From a virus, in the IMG/VR virus record IMGVR_UViG_3300045918_000146, positions 1 to 64,000 of that record: a stretch of DNA of 64,000 bases; one strand, 5' to 3'. The notes under the pieces were generated by a model. That model was given only the letters and a program-made list of their open reading frames with translations, was not told where the DNA came from and did not search any database. Made by a program: the position numbers and the translations under genes. Below are positions 19,011 through 29,302 of this stretch, piece after piece. Position 1 is the first letter of the stretch. Every line of letters begins with the position of its first letter.

Positions 19011-20459
19011 ATGCGAATTAAGGAAATATACGAAGCTGTTAGTAAGAAAATATTAGTTATCTACCCTGGGAGATTCCAACCGTTTCATAAAGGACACTAT
19101 GCGGTATATCAACATCTGTGTGAGAAATACGGAGAGGGTAACGTAGTTGTAGTAACATCAAATAAAGTAGATCCACCTAGATCACCGTTTGATTTTGGTG
19201 AGAAAATGACTATGATGACACTAACTGGTGTAAATTCAAATGCTATAGTACAAGATGCACAACCATACCAGGCTAAAGAATTAGTTGCTAAATACGATCC
19301 AGATTCTACGATTTTAATATTTGCTGTATCAGAAAAAGATATGGCCGAAGATCCTAGATTTCAATTTAAACCAAAAAAAGATGGCTCTCCTAGTTATTTC
19401 CAACGTTTACCTGACCAACTTAACAAAGCCAAGCCACTAAAATATCACGGGTACATTGCTACGGTCCCAACATTTAATTTCGAAGTATTGGGTCAACCTG
19501 CTAATAGTGCAACACAAATACGTGCCCAATTTGCTAATGCAGATGAAGCTACACAAAAAGCAATAGTAACTGACTTATTTGGAAAATTTAGTACTAGTGT
19601 ATTAAATATAATGCAACGTAAATTAATTATTCAAATTGAATCTATTTACACAGACTTAGTCACAATGCCCGCTTCGGATCTGCAACAAATTAACAAAACA
19701 TTAACAGAAATAAATAATGTCGCATTGACAGGTAATAATAAAAAACCATATGAATTACTAAAACAGTTAAACACGTATATTAATATCATACCTAATCAAA
19801 GATCTGACCAGTTAACTGAATCAATACTAACTATATTTAATAGAGCTATTAAATGTGCAGCACAACTACAGGTTGAGAATTTTGAAAAAGCAGTATTGCT
19901 AAGTGATAATAGTCAAGTATTTCATCCAACTAATGCACAAAAAGCTCATCATACAGTTAAAGAAGCAATAGACGCAGAAACTAATGATAAACGTCAATTA
20001 TTATATCGTACTAATACAGTTATATCAGGATTCCCTAAAGGTACTAAAGTTAGGCGTGTATCAGGATCAAATCGTATGTATGAAGTAATGCAAGATGGTA
20101 AAGTTATAAAGGTTATTCCATTAAGTTTAACTCAGATAACTCCTATATTAATAAGCGGAAATTTAATTGATGGAGAAGTGAAAAACACAAATATCACGTT
20201 ACCTATAAACAGTGTTCGTGAATCCACTACATCCAGTAAAGTATATTACTTCATTAATGTAGATAACTTATTAACAAAGGATCCAAACTTATCATCGGCG
20301 CATCTTAAAGCAAAAGGACTAAGATGTACACAAACTGGGGAATGGTTTTTACCTACAGATACCGAAAACGAAAATAAAACCCTGTTTTTAAGTCAGTTAA
20401 AGCACATAGAAAATATATGTCAAACAAAAGCAAAAAGATGGCATCCAAAAGCTAAATAA
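19011..20459 (+). CDS. HxGH nucleotidyltransferase (cytidyltransferase-like) with CTS-like N-terminus and extra C-terminal modules
   Basis: YPGRFQPFHKGH, SATQIR; starts MRIKEIYE-A; internal QIE-S, LTE-S, VKE-A, VRE-S sites. Confidence 0.8.
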   Translation: MRIKEIYEAVSKKILVIYPGRFQPFHKGHYAVYQHLCEKYGEGNVVVVTSNKVDPPRSPFDFGEKMTMMTLTGVNSNAIVQDAQPYQAKELVAKYDPDSTILIFAVSEKDMAEDPRFQFKPKKDGSPSYFQRLPDQLNKAKPLKYHGYIATVPTFNFEVLGQPANSATQIRAQFANADEATQKAIVTDLFGKFSTSVLNIMQRKLIIQIESIYTDLVTMPASDLQQINKTLTEINNVALTGNNKKPYELLKQLNTYINIIPNQRSDQLTESILTIFNRAIKCAAQLQVENFEKAVLLSDNSQVFHPTNAQKAHHTVKEAIDAETNDKRQLLYRTNTVISGFPKGTKVRRVSGSNRMYEVMQDGKVIKVIPLSLTQITPILISGNLIDGEVKNTNITLPINSVRESTTSSKVYYFINVDNLLTKDPNLSSAHLKAKGLRCTQTGEWFLPTDTENENKTLFLSQLKHIENICQTKAKRWHPKAK

Positions 20460-20504
20460 GATTAAGACTAAATACATATACATTATTAAGGATCTAATAG
20501 AATT

Positions 20505-23500
20505 ATGAAGTTTACAGATATAATACCCGAAACACAACAACTAGATGAATTAACCGATGCACAAAAGTATCGTATAGCCCAACTTAATGATGTGGGACAG
20601 AGAATGATAGACGTAAATACCACATTTAATGATGCTAAGAAATTTAACGACAAGGATACGCTATTAGCCGCTAAAAGTAAGTTGGCACAGCTTGCAAAAT
20701 TAAAAGCTAGCATAGAATCACAACCAGTTGACGAAGATATAGAAGAAGTAGTAACATTGGATATATATGATCAAAAGATTGATTCTTTAGAAACAGCAAT
20801 AGTTAAAATGAAAAACCAATTAGCAAATCTACAATCTCCGGTGACCGAAGGAATTAACATGACAAGCAAGCAACTATCAGAAGAACTTACACGTATTAAG
20901 TTAACAATGCTGGATTGTAATAAGATAATTATGCAAGCTAAAAAGGATCTAGATGAGAGTTTAGAATTAGAGGCTCGCGAAAAATTAGAAGAATTAACAC
21001 ATGTAAAAAATCAACTAGAAGCAAGTATTACTAATGAATCTGTGGGGCTTACTGGTCCGGTTGATCGTAAGGCCGGCGCAAAGGCATTTGAGAAGCTAAT
21101 TAAAAAATTCCCTAGTTTAGCTCCTATATATAAAAAACAAGCCGCTAATTTAGGTATACAATTAAAAACACCACGTGTCACAGAAGTTAATGCAAAGGCA
21201 GCAAAGAAAGCAGTTTTGGAATATATCACACGATATCCTAAATTGCGAGAAAAGGTTTTAGCTGAAGAAGGTGGACGTTGGGCATATAATCAGTTTGGGG
21301 AACCAAAAGAAGTTCCTGTACATGCAGAAGTTGCTCGTATAGCTGCAAATAAAAACAAGTATAATAACAACGTATTTAACACCGGTGACGAAGATACAAA
21401 CGTATTCTCTCCTAATAGAGAAGAATCGGAAATTGACGAAAACACCGATATTATTAATCAATATTCAACATTTGCTGCATGGAATTTAGCTGTAAAGCAT
21501 AAAGGATTACGTATTGAAGTACATGCAAATTCATATGGTCCAGACGAGTCAGATCCATATAAAACAGCTTATGCTGTAAATAAAGCTGACGATGTACTTG
21601 GATGCTGCACTGTTCACGAAAACGGCGAAACAGAAGCAGTACTATTTGAGTCGCCGAGCGAATTCGAATCATGGATGCATCAAAATGATAACCAGGTTGA
21701 CGAAGGATCAGACGAAGATGTAATGTCATCAGCTAACTTAGTGTCTGGTCCAGGTGCTCGTGCAGATGAGCCAAAATCACGCGATGATCAAATGATGGAC
21801 CAACATTTTAAACATTCGTATCCTGGTAAATGGAATAAAGAAAACAGTGTAGATCAAGAGACCAAAATTACAGAAGGCGAAAATACCAGAGCACAACTCG
21901 ATGTTACTCGACTTGATCGACGCGAATTAGCTCGATTACAAGACGAGTTAGAAAATGTCGGATTAGTAATAGGAAAAGATTTCTTTATTAAATCGGGTGG
22001 CCCAGCTTGGATTACTTATGCTGCATATGATAGAGAACCATTAGAAATTCTAATGGACTATGGGGTTGGAGAGGAAGAATTAAACGAAGCACCCCGAGAC
22101 CACGCAGTGTCATTTAACGATGATCCTTTAAAAACTGATATTAAATGGTCTATTGATCACGCAAAGTCTAAATTATCATCGAGCATAACTTACGAAGATG
22201 TTAAAACAGCATGGTTACGTGTATTCCCTAATAGTTCTGTTCAAGTTAACAAAGCTGCTTTAAGTAAAGATGCTTATACTTTTAAATTCCGTTTAGCTAA
22301 AGATAAAACAGAAGTTTCTAGTCAAATTATGGATAATGATCCATTAAATTATACTGGAATATTAGAAAATAATACATTTAAAGAATGGTCTGGTTCAATG
22401 CTGGTCAAGCCTCCAGTAGGATCCTATTTAGCGTTTGGTAGTGCTAAGTTTATGAAGAAAACTATTAAGGATGTAACAGTAGAAAAATTACTAAAACGTT
22501 TCGAACAAGTGAAAAAATTTGTATCTGATCATGCCGATGAATTACATAATATAAAGTTTGACATTAACGATAAATTAGATAGTATAAACGAGAGTAAAAT
22601 AGATAATCCGTGGATAGGAATAGGATTTGACATAAGATCAACTAAGTTATGGCCAGCGGAAATATTCGAATCTAAACATCCAGACTTTGCTCGGTGGATT
22701 TCAGCTTATAGAAAAAATTTAACAATGCCAACGGCAGGAAAAAAATGTATTCTTGCAATAGCAATTTGTGATACTTCTGATATCACAGTATTACATGGCG
22801 TTGCAGAATATGTAGGAGAAACTAATACAGATTATATATTAATAAATAGCACTGGAGAACACGAGTACTCTAAAAAGGATCAACTAGTATTTAACTCAAA
22901 GAAGGCGTTTGAACATTTTACAACAATGATTGCTCTAAAATTTGGAGAAAGTACATTAGCTGTTAAACAACAACCTGTAATGGAAGCCTATGGTAAACCA
23001 AACAAAGAAGCCGCAAAAGCAAAGTGGATGACAGAATTTGAGAAGAGTGTAACACGCCTTAATTCAAAATTATCAGGTAAGATAGAATGGGATTCTGCAA
23101 CTTATTTCTTTAACAGTGGTAAAAATCCAACTGATGCTGCCGAGCAATATGTAAACAGTAGATTAGATGAATCTATACCAGAAGAAGATTTTCTTGGCCC
23201 AGATATGACAGTCGACAACGACCCGGTAACTTCTTATCCTAGAAAAACCGTCGAGAATTACAGTGATGAGGAATTAGCGATAGAATGGGATAAACCAAGT
23301 TTTCCTAAAAAGTCCGGAGAGCGTAACACATATCGTAACATAGACGACGATGGCGACGATTATACTGAGTGGTCAATGCGTCAGGGAGAAATGGGGCGTA
23401 TAGGCGTTATTGATGAATATACTGCACAGCCTGGCGTATTGAATCCTTCAAGTAAGAAATTAGATGCTATGTTTGCACAACAAGATAAAGATTATAATGA

Positions 23501-24134
23501 ACGTAAAGGTCATAATATGATTCCTAATTTTAAAAAGGATAATAAGAATTTATCTGACGAAGAGGAAATTTTTTATGAAAATGCAACAAGCGGCGCATGT
23601 TCTTCTGGATCAGTTGCTACTGTAGTAGCTCCATTAGGCGCCACACAACGTAGAACTAAAAAATCTAAGAGCACGTATGCAAATTCAGATTCGAACTATA
23701 AATCTAGTGCTATTGGACAAGGTATATACGAAAGTAGTGTCGCAGAGGAAGAGACTAATTGCGTAATGATGGATATCGCAGCAGCATGTAGTAGAGCTTA
23801 CCCAGATATTGAACCAGATACATATTTAATTCAGTACACTAATAATAACAGCGAATTAAATATAAGGTTGCTTGATAAAGCATGTCGTATTAACCATAAT
23901 GTGGACTATCATACATACGTGAATATGTTTTGGCAAGAACAAACAGCTTCGACTGCATTAGATGAGGGTATTGAAAAATCAGATTACGATAAATATATGG
24001 ATCATTATAATTACAGTCACGAAACTAAATCAAAGAAAAAACCACAGCAAAAGAAGCCATGGGATCAAAAGCAAAAAAGTGAAACAGCATCTGATATTAT
24101 AGCAAGACGTAATCTAGAAAAGAAATTAAAGTAG
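20505..24134 (+). CDS. 1209-aa mosaic putative head-packaged polyprotein
   Basis: CTAAATA late motifs at 20452 and 20468; starts MKFTDIIPE; recurrent [ILV]xE-[SGAN] sites between unrelated segments. Confidence 0.75.
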   Translation: MKFTDIIPETQQLDELTDAQKYRIAQLNDVGQRMIDVNTTFNDAKKFNDKDTLLAAKSKLAQLAKLKASIESQPVDEDIEEVVTLDIYDQKIDSLETAIVKMKNQLANLQSPVTEGINMTSKQLSEELTRIKLTMLDCNKIIMQAKKDLDESLELEAREKLEELTHVKNQLEASITNESVGLTGPVDRKAGAKAFEKLIKKFPSLAPIYKKQAANLGIQLKTPRVTEVNAKAAKKAVLEYITRYPKLREKVLAEEGGRWAYNQFGEPKEVPVHAEVARIAANKNKYNNNVFNTGDEDTNVFSPNREESEIDENTDIINQYSTFAAWNLAVKHKGLRIEVHANSYGPDESDPYKTAYAVNKADDVLGCCTVHENGETEAVLFESPSEFESWMHQNDNQVDEGSDEDVMSSANLVSGPGARADEPKSRDDQMMDQHFKHSYPGKWNKENSVDQETKITEGENTRAQLDVTRLDRRELARLQDELENVGLVIGKDFFIKSGGPAWITYAAYDREPLEILMDYGVGEEELNEAPRDHAVSFNDDPLKTDIKWSIDHAKSKLSSSITYEDVKTAWLRVFPNSSVQVNKAALSKDAYTFKFRLAKDKTEVSSQIMDNDPLNYTGILENNTFKEWSGSMLVKPPVGSYLAFGSAKFMKKTIKDVTVEKLLKRFEQVKKFVSDHADELHNIKFDINDKLDSINESKIDNPWIGIGFDIRSTKLWPAEIFESKHPDFARWISAYRKNLTMPTAGKKCILAIAICDTSDITVLHGVAEYVGETNTDYILINSTGEHEYSKKDQLVFNSKKAFEHFTTMIALKFGESTLAVKQQPVMEAYGKPNKEAAKAKWMTEFEKSVTRLNSKLSGKIEWDSATYFFNSGKNPTDAAEQYVNSRLDESIPEEDFLGPDMTVDNDPVTSYPRKTVENYSDEELAIEWDKPSFPKKSGERNTYRNIDDDGDDYTEWSMRQGEMGRIGVIDEYTAQPGVLNPSSKKLDAMFAQQDKDYNERKGHNMIPNFKKDNKNLSDEEEIFYENATSGACSSGSVATVVAPLGATQRRTKKSKSTYANSDSNYKSSAIGQGIYESSVAEEETNCVMMDIAAACSRAYPDIEPDTYLIQYTNNNSELNIRLLDKACRINHNVDYHTYVNMFWQEQTASTALDEGIEKSDYDKYMDHYNYSHETKSKKKPQQKKPWDQKQKSETASDIIARRNLEKKLK

Positions 24135-24135
24135 A

Positions 24136-24609
24136 ATGAGATTCTATGAATTTGTAAGTGATATGCCTATATATGATTCTGAATTAGAACATCTTAAAGA
24201 ATGGTCAGTAGAACATAACAGAAACTTTACTGAATCAGTAGATGACGAAAAAGTTACAGAGATAAAGGACTTCTTTAAAAGATACATAATAGACCCAAGT
24301 AGTTTAACTATAGGTGAAAAATATTTTCCAATTGAACTTGTTACTAGGCCATTCGCTAATTTAATTGAGATGACAATATCAAATCATCCACTTACATACT
24401 TAGGAGATCACGATGAGAAATTTATCTTTAAAGGGGAAAAATTACAAATTAAAGTGCCAATCTATAAAGATTTAGTAAGTGATTTTGGACCCTTTTTAAT
24501 GTTAACTACAATATATACCACCATTGCAGAATGCGAGCATTTTAACATGATATTCTTAATGCAGTTTAAAGGTAGATGGAAAATACAACAGAAGGAGTTT
24601 TTGGTATGA
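24136..24609 (+). CDS. putative internal head protein
   Basis: Starts MRFYEFVSD; FTE-S site. Confidence 0.65.
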   Translation: MRFYEFVSDMPIYDSELEHLKEWSVEHNRNFTESVDDEKVTEIKDFFKRYIIDPSSLTIGEKYFPIELVTRPFANLIEMTISNHPLTYLGDHDEKFIFKGEKLQIKVPIYKDLVSDFGPFLMLTTIYTTIAECEHFNMIFLMQFKGRWKIQQKEFLV

Positions 24610-24944
24610 GATCACATGAATTTATTTTTGAAGATGAAAACGACGAGAACCCGTATGCACGAGTAAACGACGGTCAACCACATTATAAGTTTAATGCTGT
24701 TCCGAAGGAAAAGCCGTCAAAACTACAAGATTTATGCAGACTAAATAATGTAGCAGTTAGAGATATCGTATATAATCCTGATAAAGAAATGTGCCAAATA
24801 ATGCAGATTGGCGAAAAAGGGTTTAAAGTATTTAATTACGAAATACCTGAAGATAAAGTCGAATGGTACGAATTAAAGATGCTAACTAAGCAAGATAAAT
24901 ACGGAAAACTAGTTCCACTAATAGAGAAAACAAATGACAAATAA
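24606..24944 (+). CDS. putative internal head protein
   Basis: ATGA overlap; starts MRSHEFIFE. Confidence 0.65.
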   Translation: MRSHEFIFEDENDENPYARVNDGQPHYKFNAVPKEKPSKLQDLCRLNNVAVRDIVYNPDKEMCQIMQIGEKGFKVFNYEIPEDKVEWYELKMLTKQDKYGKLVPLIEKTNDK

Positions 24945-27900
24945 TACAAATATGAGGAAAATACTTGAGACTATCGACAAGTTTTCTGCTAAGCCAGCTA
25001 TTAATGAGAATAAAACGCCTAGCACTAAACAACTAACTTCTAGGGTTAGTAGGATTAACGAATCCACATCACCACAACTTATAGCAAAATATACAAAAGA
25101 CGAAGATATATATTATCTATGGAGAACAGGAGAATACACTTACCAACTGGATACTAAAGACTTTAAGAAAATAGCTAAATGGACAGAAAAAGATTTAGAG
25201 GATGTGAAAGCAGAGATCAATTCAAAAGGGTATAATGAGGATGAGCTCAGCGAAAACGCAGATAATAAGTTTGTTGGGACAGTATACCATTTAGACGAGG
25301 AAGATAAATCTAACGGCCATATGGAAGACTGCGACTGCGATGAATGTGTACGTAGATACGGATTTAATAGTGAAATAAAAGAAGATCAGACTGATAATAT
25401 TTTAGAACCGTTATCAAAAGCTATCTACATATTAGGTAATAGTAATGCATATTCAAAACAAGCAAAAGATATATTTAGCTTAATTCATCATATGTTAAGA
25501 ACACGTTTAATGAAGAACGATATGGAAGGCTTTACACAGGCGTATAATGATTTACAAGGACGGTACCCAGATGAATTTGATGAATTTATAGATACAGCAT
25601 TTGAAAATGCTGGGCTAACACATCATGCCACAATAGAGGATTTTATAGCACTTATGTCTGAAAATAACGGAATAAGTAGTTCTGGAGACGTTAGTATCGA
25701 AGAATCTATCGACGATATAAAAGAATCGTTAGTAGCTGCATTTGAAGATTATGTAAGCAATGAAAAGTACGACTATCAAAAACTGTACCCAAAGAAAGTT
25801 ACTAAACCGACAACCGATAAGAAAAAACCTAAAATAGAAAAAGCAGTTGATCCTAAATTAATTCAAGATAACTTAACTGAAAGTAGGTCAGAATTACTAG
25901 CTAACTCAATTATTGACCATATTATGGTTGATCATCCAGATCTTATTTCGTATTACGGCAAAAAATATGTAGATGCAGCTATTAAGCGTATAGCAGATAC
26001 TTACGCAAACGCATCAAACCAAATATCTAAAGATATTAATAGTTTAGTAGATCAAGTAAAACATGAACTACAATGTAATATGAAACAAATAGACGAAACG
26101 GGTGCATTAACAACACTAACACCGTCAGGGGAGCGTCCTTGGAAACCATCTTTTGACGTACCTAAAAAGAAAAATCCTGCTATAGGATCTCTTGCGTTTG
26201 AAAAATTATCCAAATATGAGCAAGATAAGTTACGTAAGATAAGTGATGCTCGTGCCGAAAAACGTTATAAAATAAAAGAAGGTGCTGGCGCAAGTACAGA
26301 AGCTGTAGCGAATGCTATAGCAGCACGTTTAGATAGTAGACATCCTGAAATATTCACACGATACGGAGTAGAATATGTTTATACTGCAATTGAAGAAGTA
26401 GCATCTTTTCATGCAGGAACAGAAGAATTAGGTACTAGTGATATTAGCATTATGGTCCGCGAAGTTATTAAAGAGTTAGAGAGTAAGACAGACGCATTAG
26501 ACGAATCTATTAAGGAATATACTGTATATTGTTCGCAGTGCGGTGGGGAATTTAAAAATAATGTACCAACAGGTTTCAGTCACTGTAGAGATCATGCTGG
26601 TCAACAAAACTTAGATGGGGGTGTCTATAAAGGCGACATGGATTTAGATGAGATGTCAATCAATAGAACAAAAAAGCCATCAGAGAATCGCGATCTGTGG
26701 GACAAAATAAATCGTAAGGGCGTGGTACCAAGCATTGATCGTGTCCGCTATACTGATCTATCTCATGAAGGATTAGAAGGTCCGTTCCGCGCAAAGAATG
26801 GCCAAGTATTATATTACGATCCAAAAGAAGGTAAGTATTACGATCGAGATAAAGATATGTATGTTGATCACGGATTAGACGAATCAACAAATAAAAAACC
26901 TAAATCAGACATATTTAATTTACCCATTGCATATACAGAAGATAAAGTTACAGGCGTAAAGCAAACAGATACACCATTTTTCGTTTATCAAAATCGCAAA
27001 GTTGGTTTATCTGGAAGATCAACTAAATCATTAAAAGAAGCAAAAGAATTTATACAGAATCAAACTACTCCAACTAAACATGCAGCAATACAACGACCAA
27101 ATAAGCGTTTTGCAACACGAGACATAGTTGATTCGCGAGAGTTCATTGAATATGTCACCGAATTTCGTAGAAAATTAGGAAACAGTGTTTCTAATAGATA
27201 TGAATCCACTGACGTTAAAAAAATATGTTCAAGTATATTTGCTAGGGCAGAACTAAGAGAATCGGCAAATCTAACTACTGCAAGGAAACAATTTATTGAC
27301 AAATTTACGAGTCGTGATCAATTTGACCAAATGAATATTGCAAAAGGAAAAATGGCTTCTGTTATCGAAACTATGGTTGTTGGCAATTATATAGAATTAT
27401 GGGGGTTTGTAAAGCCCAAAAAGATAACTCAAATTGAATATAAAGATAATGGCGAAATTGAATTTATTATATTTAACAATGATACATCGACTAGATATCC
27501 TAGGATTGATGCTGCATCTTACCAAGGAGAATCGATTGATCATAGTATTTTTCTTAAGGATCAACCTTCTGCAGAGCAAACTATTGTTATGCTCATGCTG
27601 GCAATACCGCACGGATTTAAACCAAAATATAACATTACCGATTACGCTGATCCAACCGATTATTCTAAAGATAATTCTAAAAAGTTAATTCCATCAAAAA
27701 TCAATGAAACAAAAAGTTTATCCAAAAAAGTAAAAATCGTTTCTGGCCAATATTCCGGGCAAACTGGTTGGATAAGAGAAATCAAACACGGCGCCTTTAA
27801 AGGCGCACCAAAGAGATATTATGTCGACTTGGATAACGGAGATCAAGCAAATAACTTGTTAGGAACAGCTCTACGTCTAATTAAAGAGCCTAGCAATGAA

Positions 27901-28629
27901 CCTATTGTCAACGAAGAATCAATTGCTGACGAGTTGTACCGTTTGAAAAGACAATTAAATTCTGCATACGATAAAGCAGTAAGAAGTAAGTTTGAGAACG
28001 ATGTAGAAAATGAACAAGTTCGTATATTAAGAAGAAAAATTCAAGAGTTAAAAGGTGATATAGAACTTCGTGCTCGTGACCAAATGCAAGAGGGCGCACG
28101 TGATATTATCTCTCAAAAGTTAAAACAAATTAATGACAGAAAGAAACCGTGGCCTACACGCCAGCATAGCTCGATGCAATCTGCACTTGATAAACTGGGC
28201 GAAAAACTTGCCGATATTAAGATCGACTTTAATATGGATGATAAAAAGCCAGTTGAAGAAGATGCTCCTATTGATCAGCAAGTTGCACCATTAGTAACTA
28301 CAGGAGCACCTACGCAAACAACTGCCACTAAGCCTACAGGAACTATACCGCCAGGGTCTCCGGCTACTACGCAAACCCAACAAAGTAACACGTCTACTCA
28401 ACCACCGGCAGCAGGATCTACAACACCTAACCCAGCAACCAATGCTAGTACTACACCTACAAATGCTCCTGCAGGAACAACGCAAGCTCCTGCATTAACG
28501 CCAGGGCAATCTCTAGTAGCAGGATTACAAAAAGTAGCAAGCACTTATACTGGTGCTGACTCTAGTGCTCTTAAATCAGGCATAAATACGTTAGCAAATC
28601 AAGTAAAACTACCGCCAGGAATAAAATGA
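24934..28629 (+). CDS. 1231-aa mosaic putative head-packaged polyprotein
   Basis: Recurrent [ILVM]xE-[SGNTD] sites; duplicated helical module; KOW/SH3-like module; CxxC module; P/T/A-rich tail. Confidence 0.75.
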   Translation: MTNNTNMRKILETIDKFSAKPAINENKTPSTKQLTSRVSRINESTSPQLIAKYTKDEDIYYLWRTGEYTYQLDTKDFKKIAKWTEKDLEDVKAEINSKGYNEDELSENADNKFVGTVYHLDEEDKSNGHMEDCDCDECVRRYGFNSEIKEDQTDNILEPLSKAIYILGNSNAYSKQAKDIFSLIHHMLRTRLMKNDMEGFTQAYNDLQGRYPDEFDEFIDTAFENAGLTHHATIEDFIALMSENNGISSSGDVSIEESIDDIKESLVAAFEDYVSNEKYDYQKLYPKKVTKPTTDKKKPKIEKAVDPKLIQDNLTESRSELLANSIIDHIMVDHPDLISYYGKKYVDAAIKRIADTYANASNQISKDINSLVDQVKHELQCNMKQIDETGALTTLTPSGERPWKPSFDVPKKKNPAIGSLAFEKLSKYEQDKLRKISDARAEKRYKIKEGAGASTEAVANAIAARLDSRHPEIFTRYGVEYVYTAIEEVASFHAGTEELGTSDISIMVREVIKELESKTDALDESIKEYTVYCSQCGGEFKNNVPTGFSHCRDHAGQQNLDGGVYKGDMDLDEMSINRTKKPSENRDLWDKINRKGVVPSIDRVRYTDLSHEGLEGPFRAKNGQVLYYDPKEGKYYDRDKDMYVDHGLDESTNKKPKSDIFNLPIAYTEDKVTGVKQTDTPFFVYQNRKVGLSGRSTKSLKEAKEFIQNQTTPTKHAAIQRPNKRFATRDIVDSREFIEYVTEFRRKLGNSVSNRYESTDVKKICSSIFARAELRESANLTTARKQFIDKFTSRDQFDQMNIAKGKMASVIETMVVGNYIELWGFVKPKKITQIEYKDNGEIEFIIFNNDTSTRYPRIDAASYQGESIDHSIFLKDQPSAEQTIVMLMLAIPHGFKPKYNITDYADPTDYSKDNSKKLIPSKINETKSLSKKVKIVSGQYSGQTGWIREIKHGAFKGAPKRYYVDLDNGDQANNLLGTALRLIKEPSNEPIVNEESIADELYRLKRQLNSAYDKAVRSKFENDVENEQVRILRRKIQELKGDIELRARDQMQEGARDIISQKLKQINDRKKPWPTRQHSSMQSALDKLGEKLADIKIDFNMDDKKPVEEDAPIDQQVAPLVTTGAPTQTTATKPTGTIPPGSPATTQTQQSNTSTQPPAAGSTTPNPATNASTTPTNAPAGTTQAPALTPGQSLVAGLQKVASTYTGADSSALKSGINTLANQVKLPPGIK

Positions 28630-28663
28630 AAAAAATAATAAATACACAACAAGGAGTTAAATA

Positions 28664-29302
28664 ATGTTTCTTTTTGAACTGTTTGAGACACAAACTACTA
28701 AGAATAATTTTATAAATATTACGCCAAATACGTTGCGTACATATACTCCTCTAATTAATCAATATAAGAAAATGTACGATATTCAAGATGATATTGACTT
28801 TGCGTATGATGCAAGCTCTCACCAGTTAAAAGCCATCACAGACAAGGCAAATCCTTTTATATCAGATTTAAAAATTAGAACATCTCCTGAATATATGAAT
28901 AGAAGTCGTCTATCCGAAGATGAACCTGTTGTTTCTTTAGATCCAGCAGTAGATACATTAGTTGATCAATGGATTGCCAAGTTATCTGCACAAACACCAA
29001 CACCAACAGCTCGTTCAGTGTCTAGTACTATAGCAAGTGTATTACATCTGAAAGCTAAAATCTCATATAATTCTGCATTAACTGTTGTTGTACAAAAACT
29101 AAGAGATTTAGGAACTGATATATTAGAGGACGAATTAAACGAAACAATAGACTACCAAAAATCTTATAGGTCAGCAATAGCACGGGCGTCTGTTGCAAAG
29201 TCGGAAGCAGAAAAGATACATTGGCGCAAATTAGCTGATAGTTATAAGATGATAGCAACTAAACAGCAACAAAGATTAAAAGAACATTACCTGGACCGTT
29301 AG
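28664..29302 (+). CDS. putative internal head protein
   Basis: ATAAATA at 28638, AGGAG RBS; starts MFLFELFE-T; LSE-D and LNE-T sites. Confidence 0.7.
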   Translation: MFLFELFETQTTKNNFINITPNTLRTYTPLINQYKKMYDIQDDIDFAYDASSHQLKAITDKANPFISDLKIRTSPEYMNRSRLSEDEPVVSLDPAVDTLVDQWIAKLSAQTPTPTARSVSSTIASVLHLKAKISYNSALTVVVQKLRDLGTDILEDELNETIDYQKSYRSAIARASVAKSEAEKIHWRKLADSYKMIATKQQQRLKEHYLDR

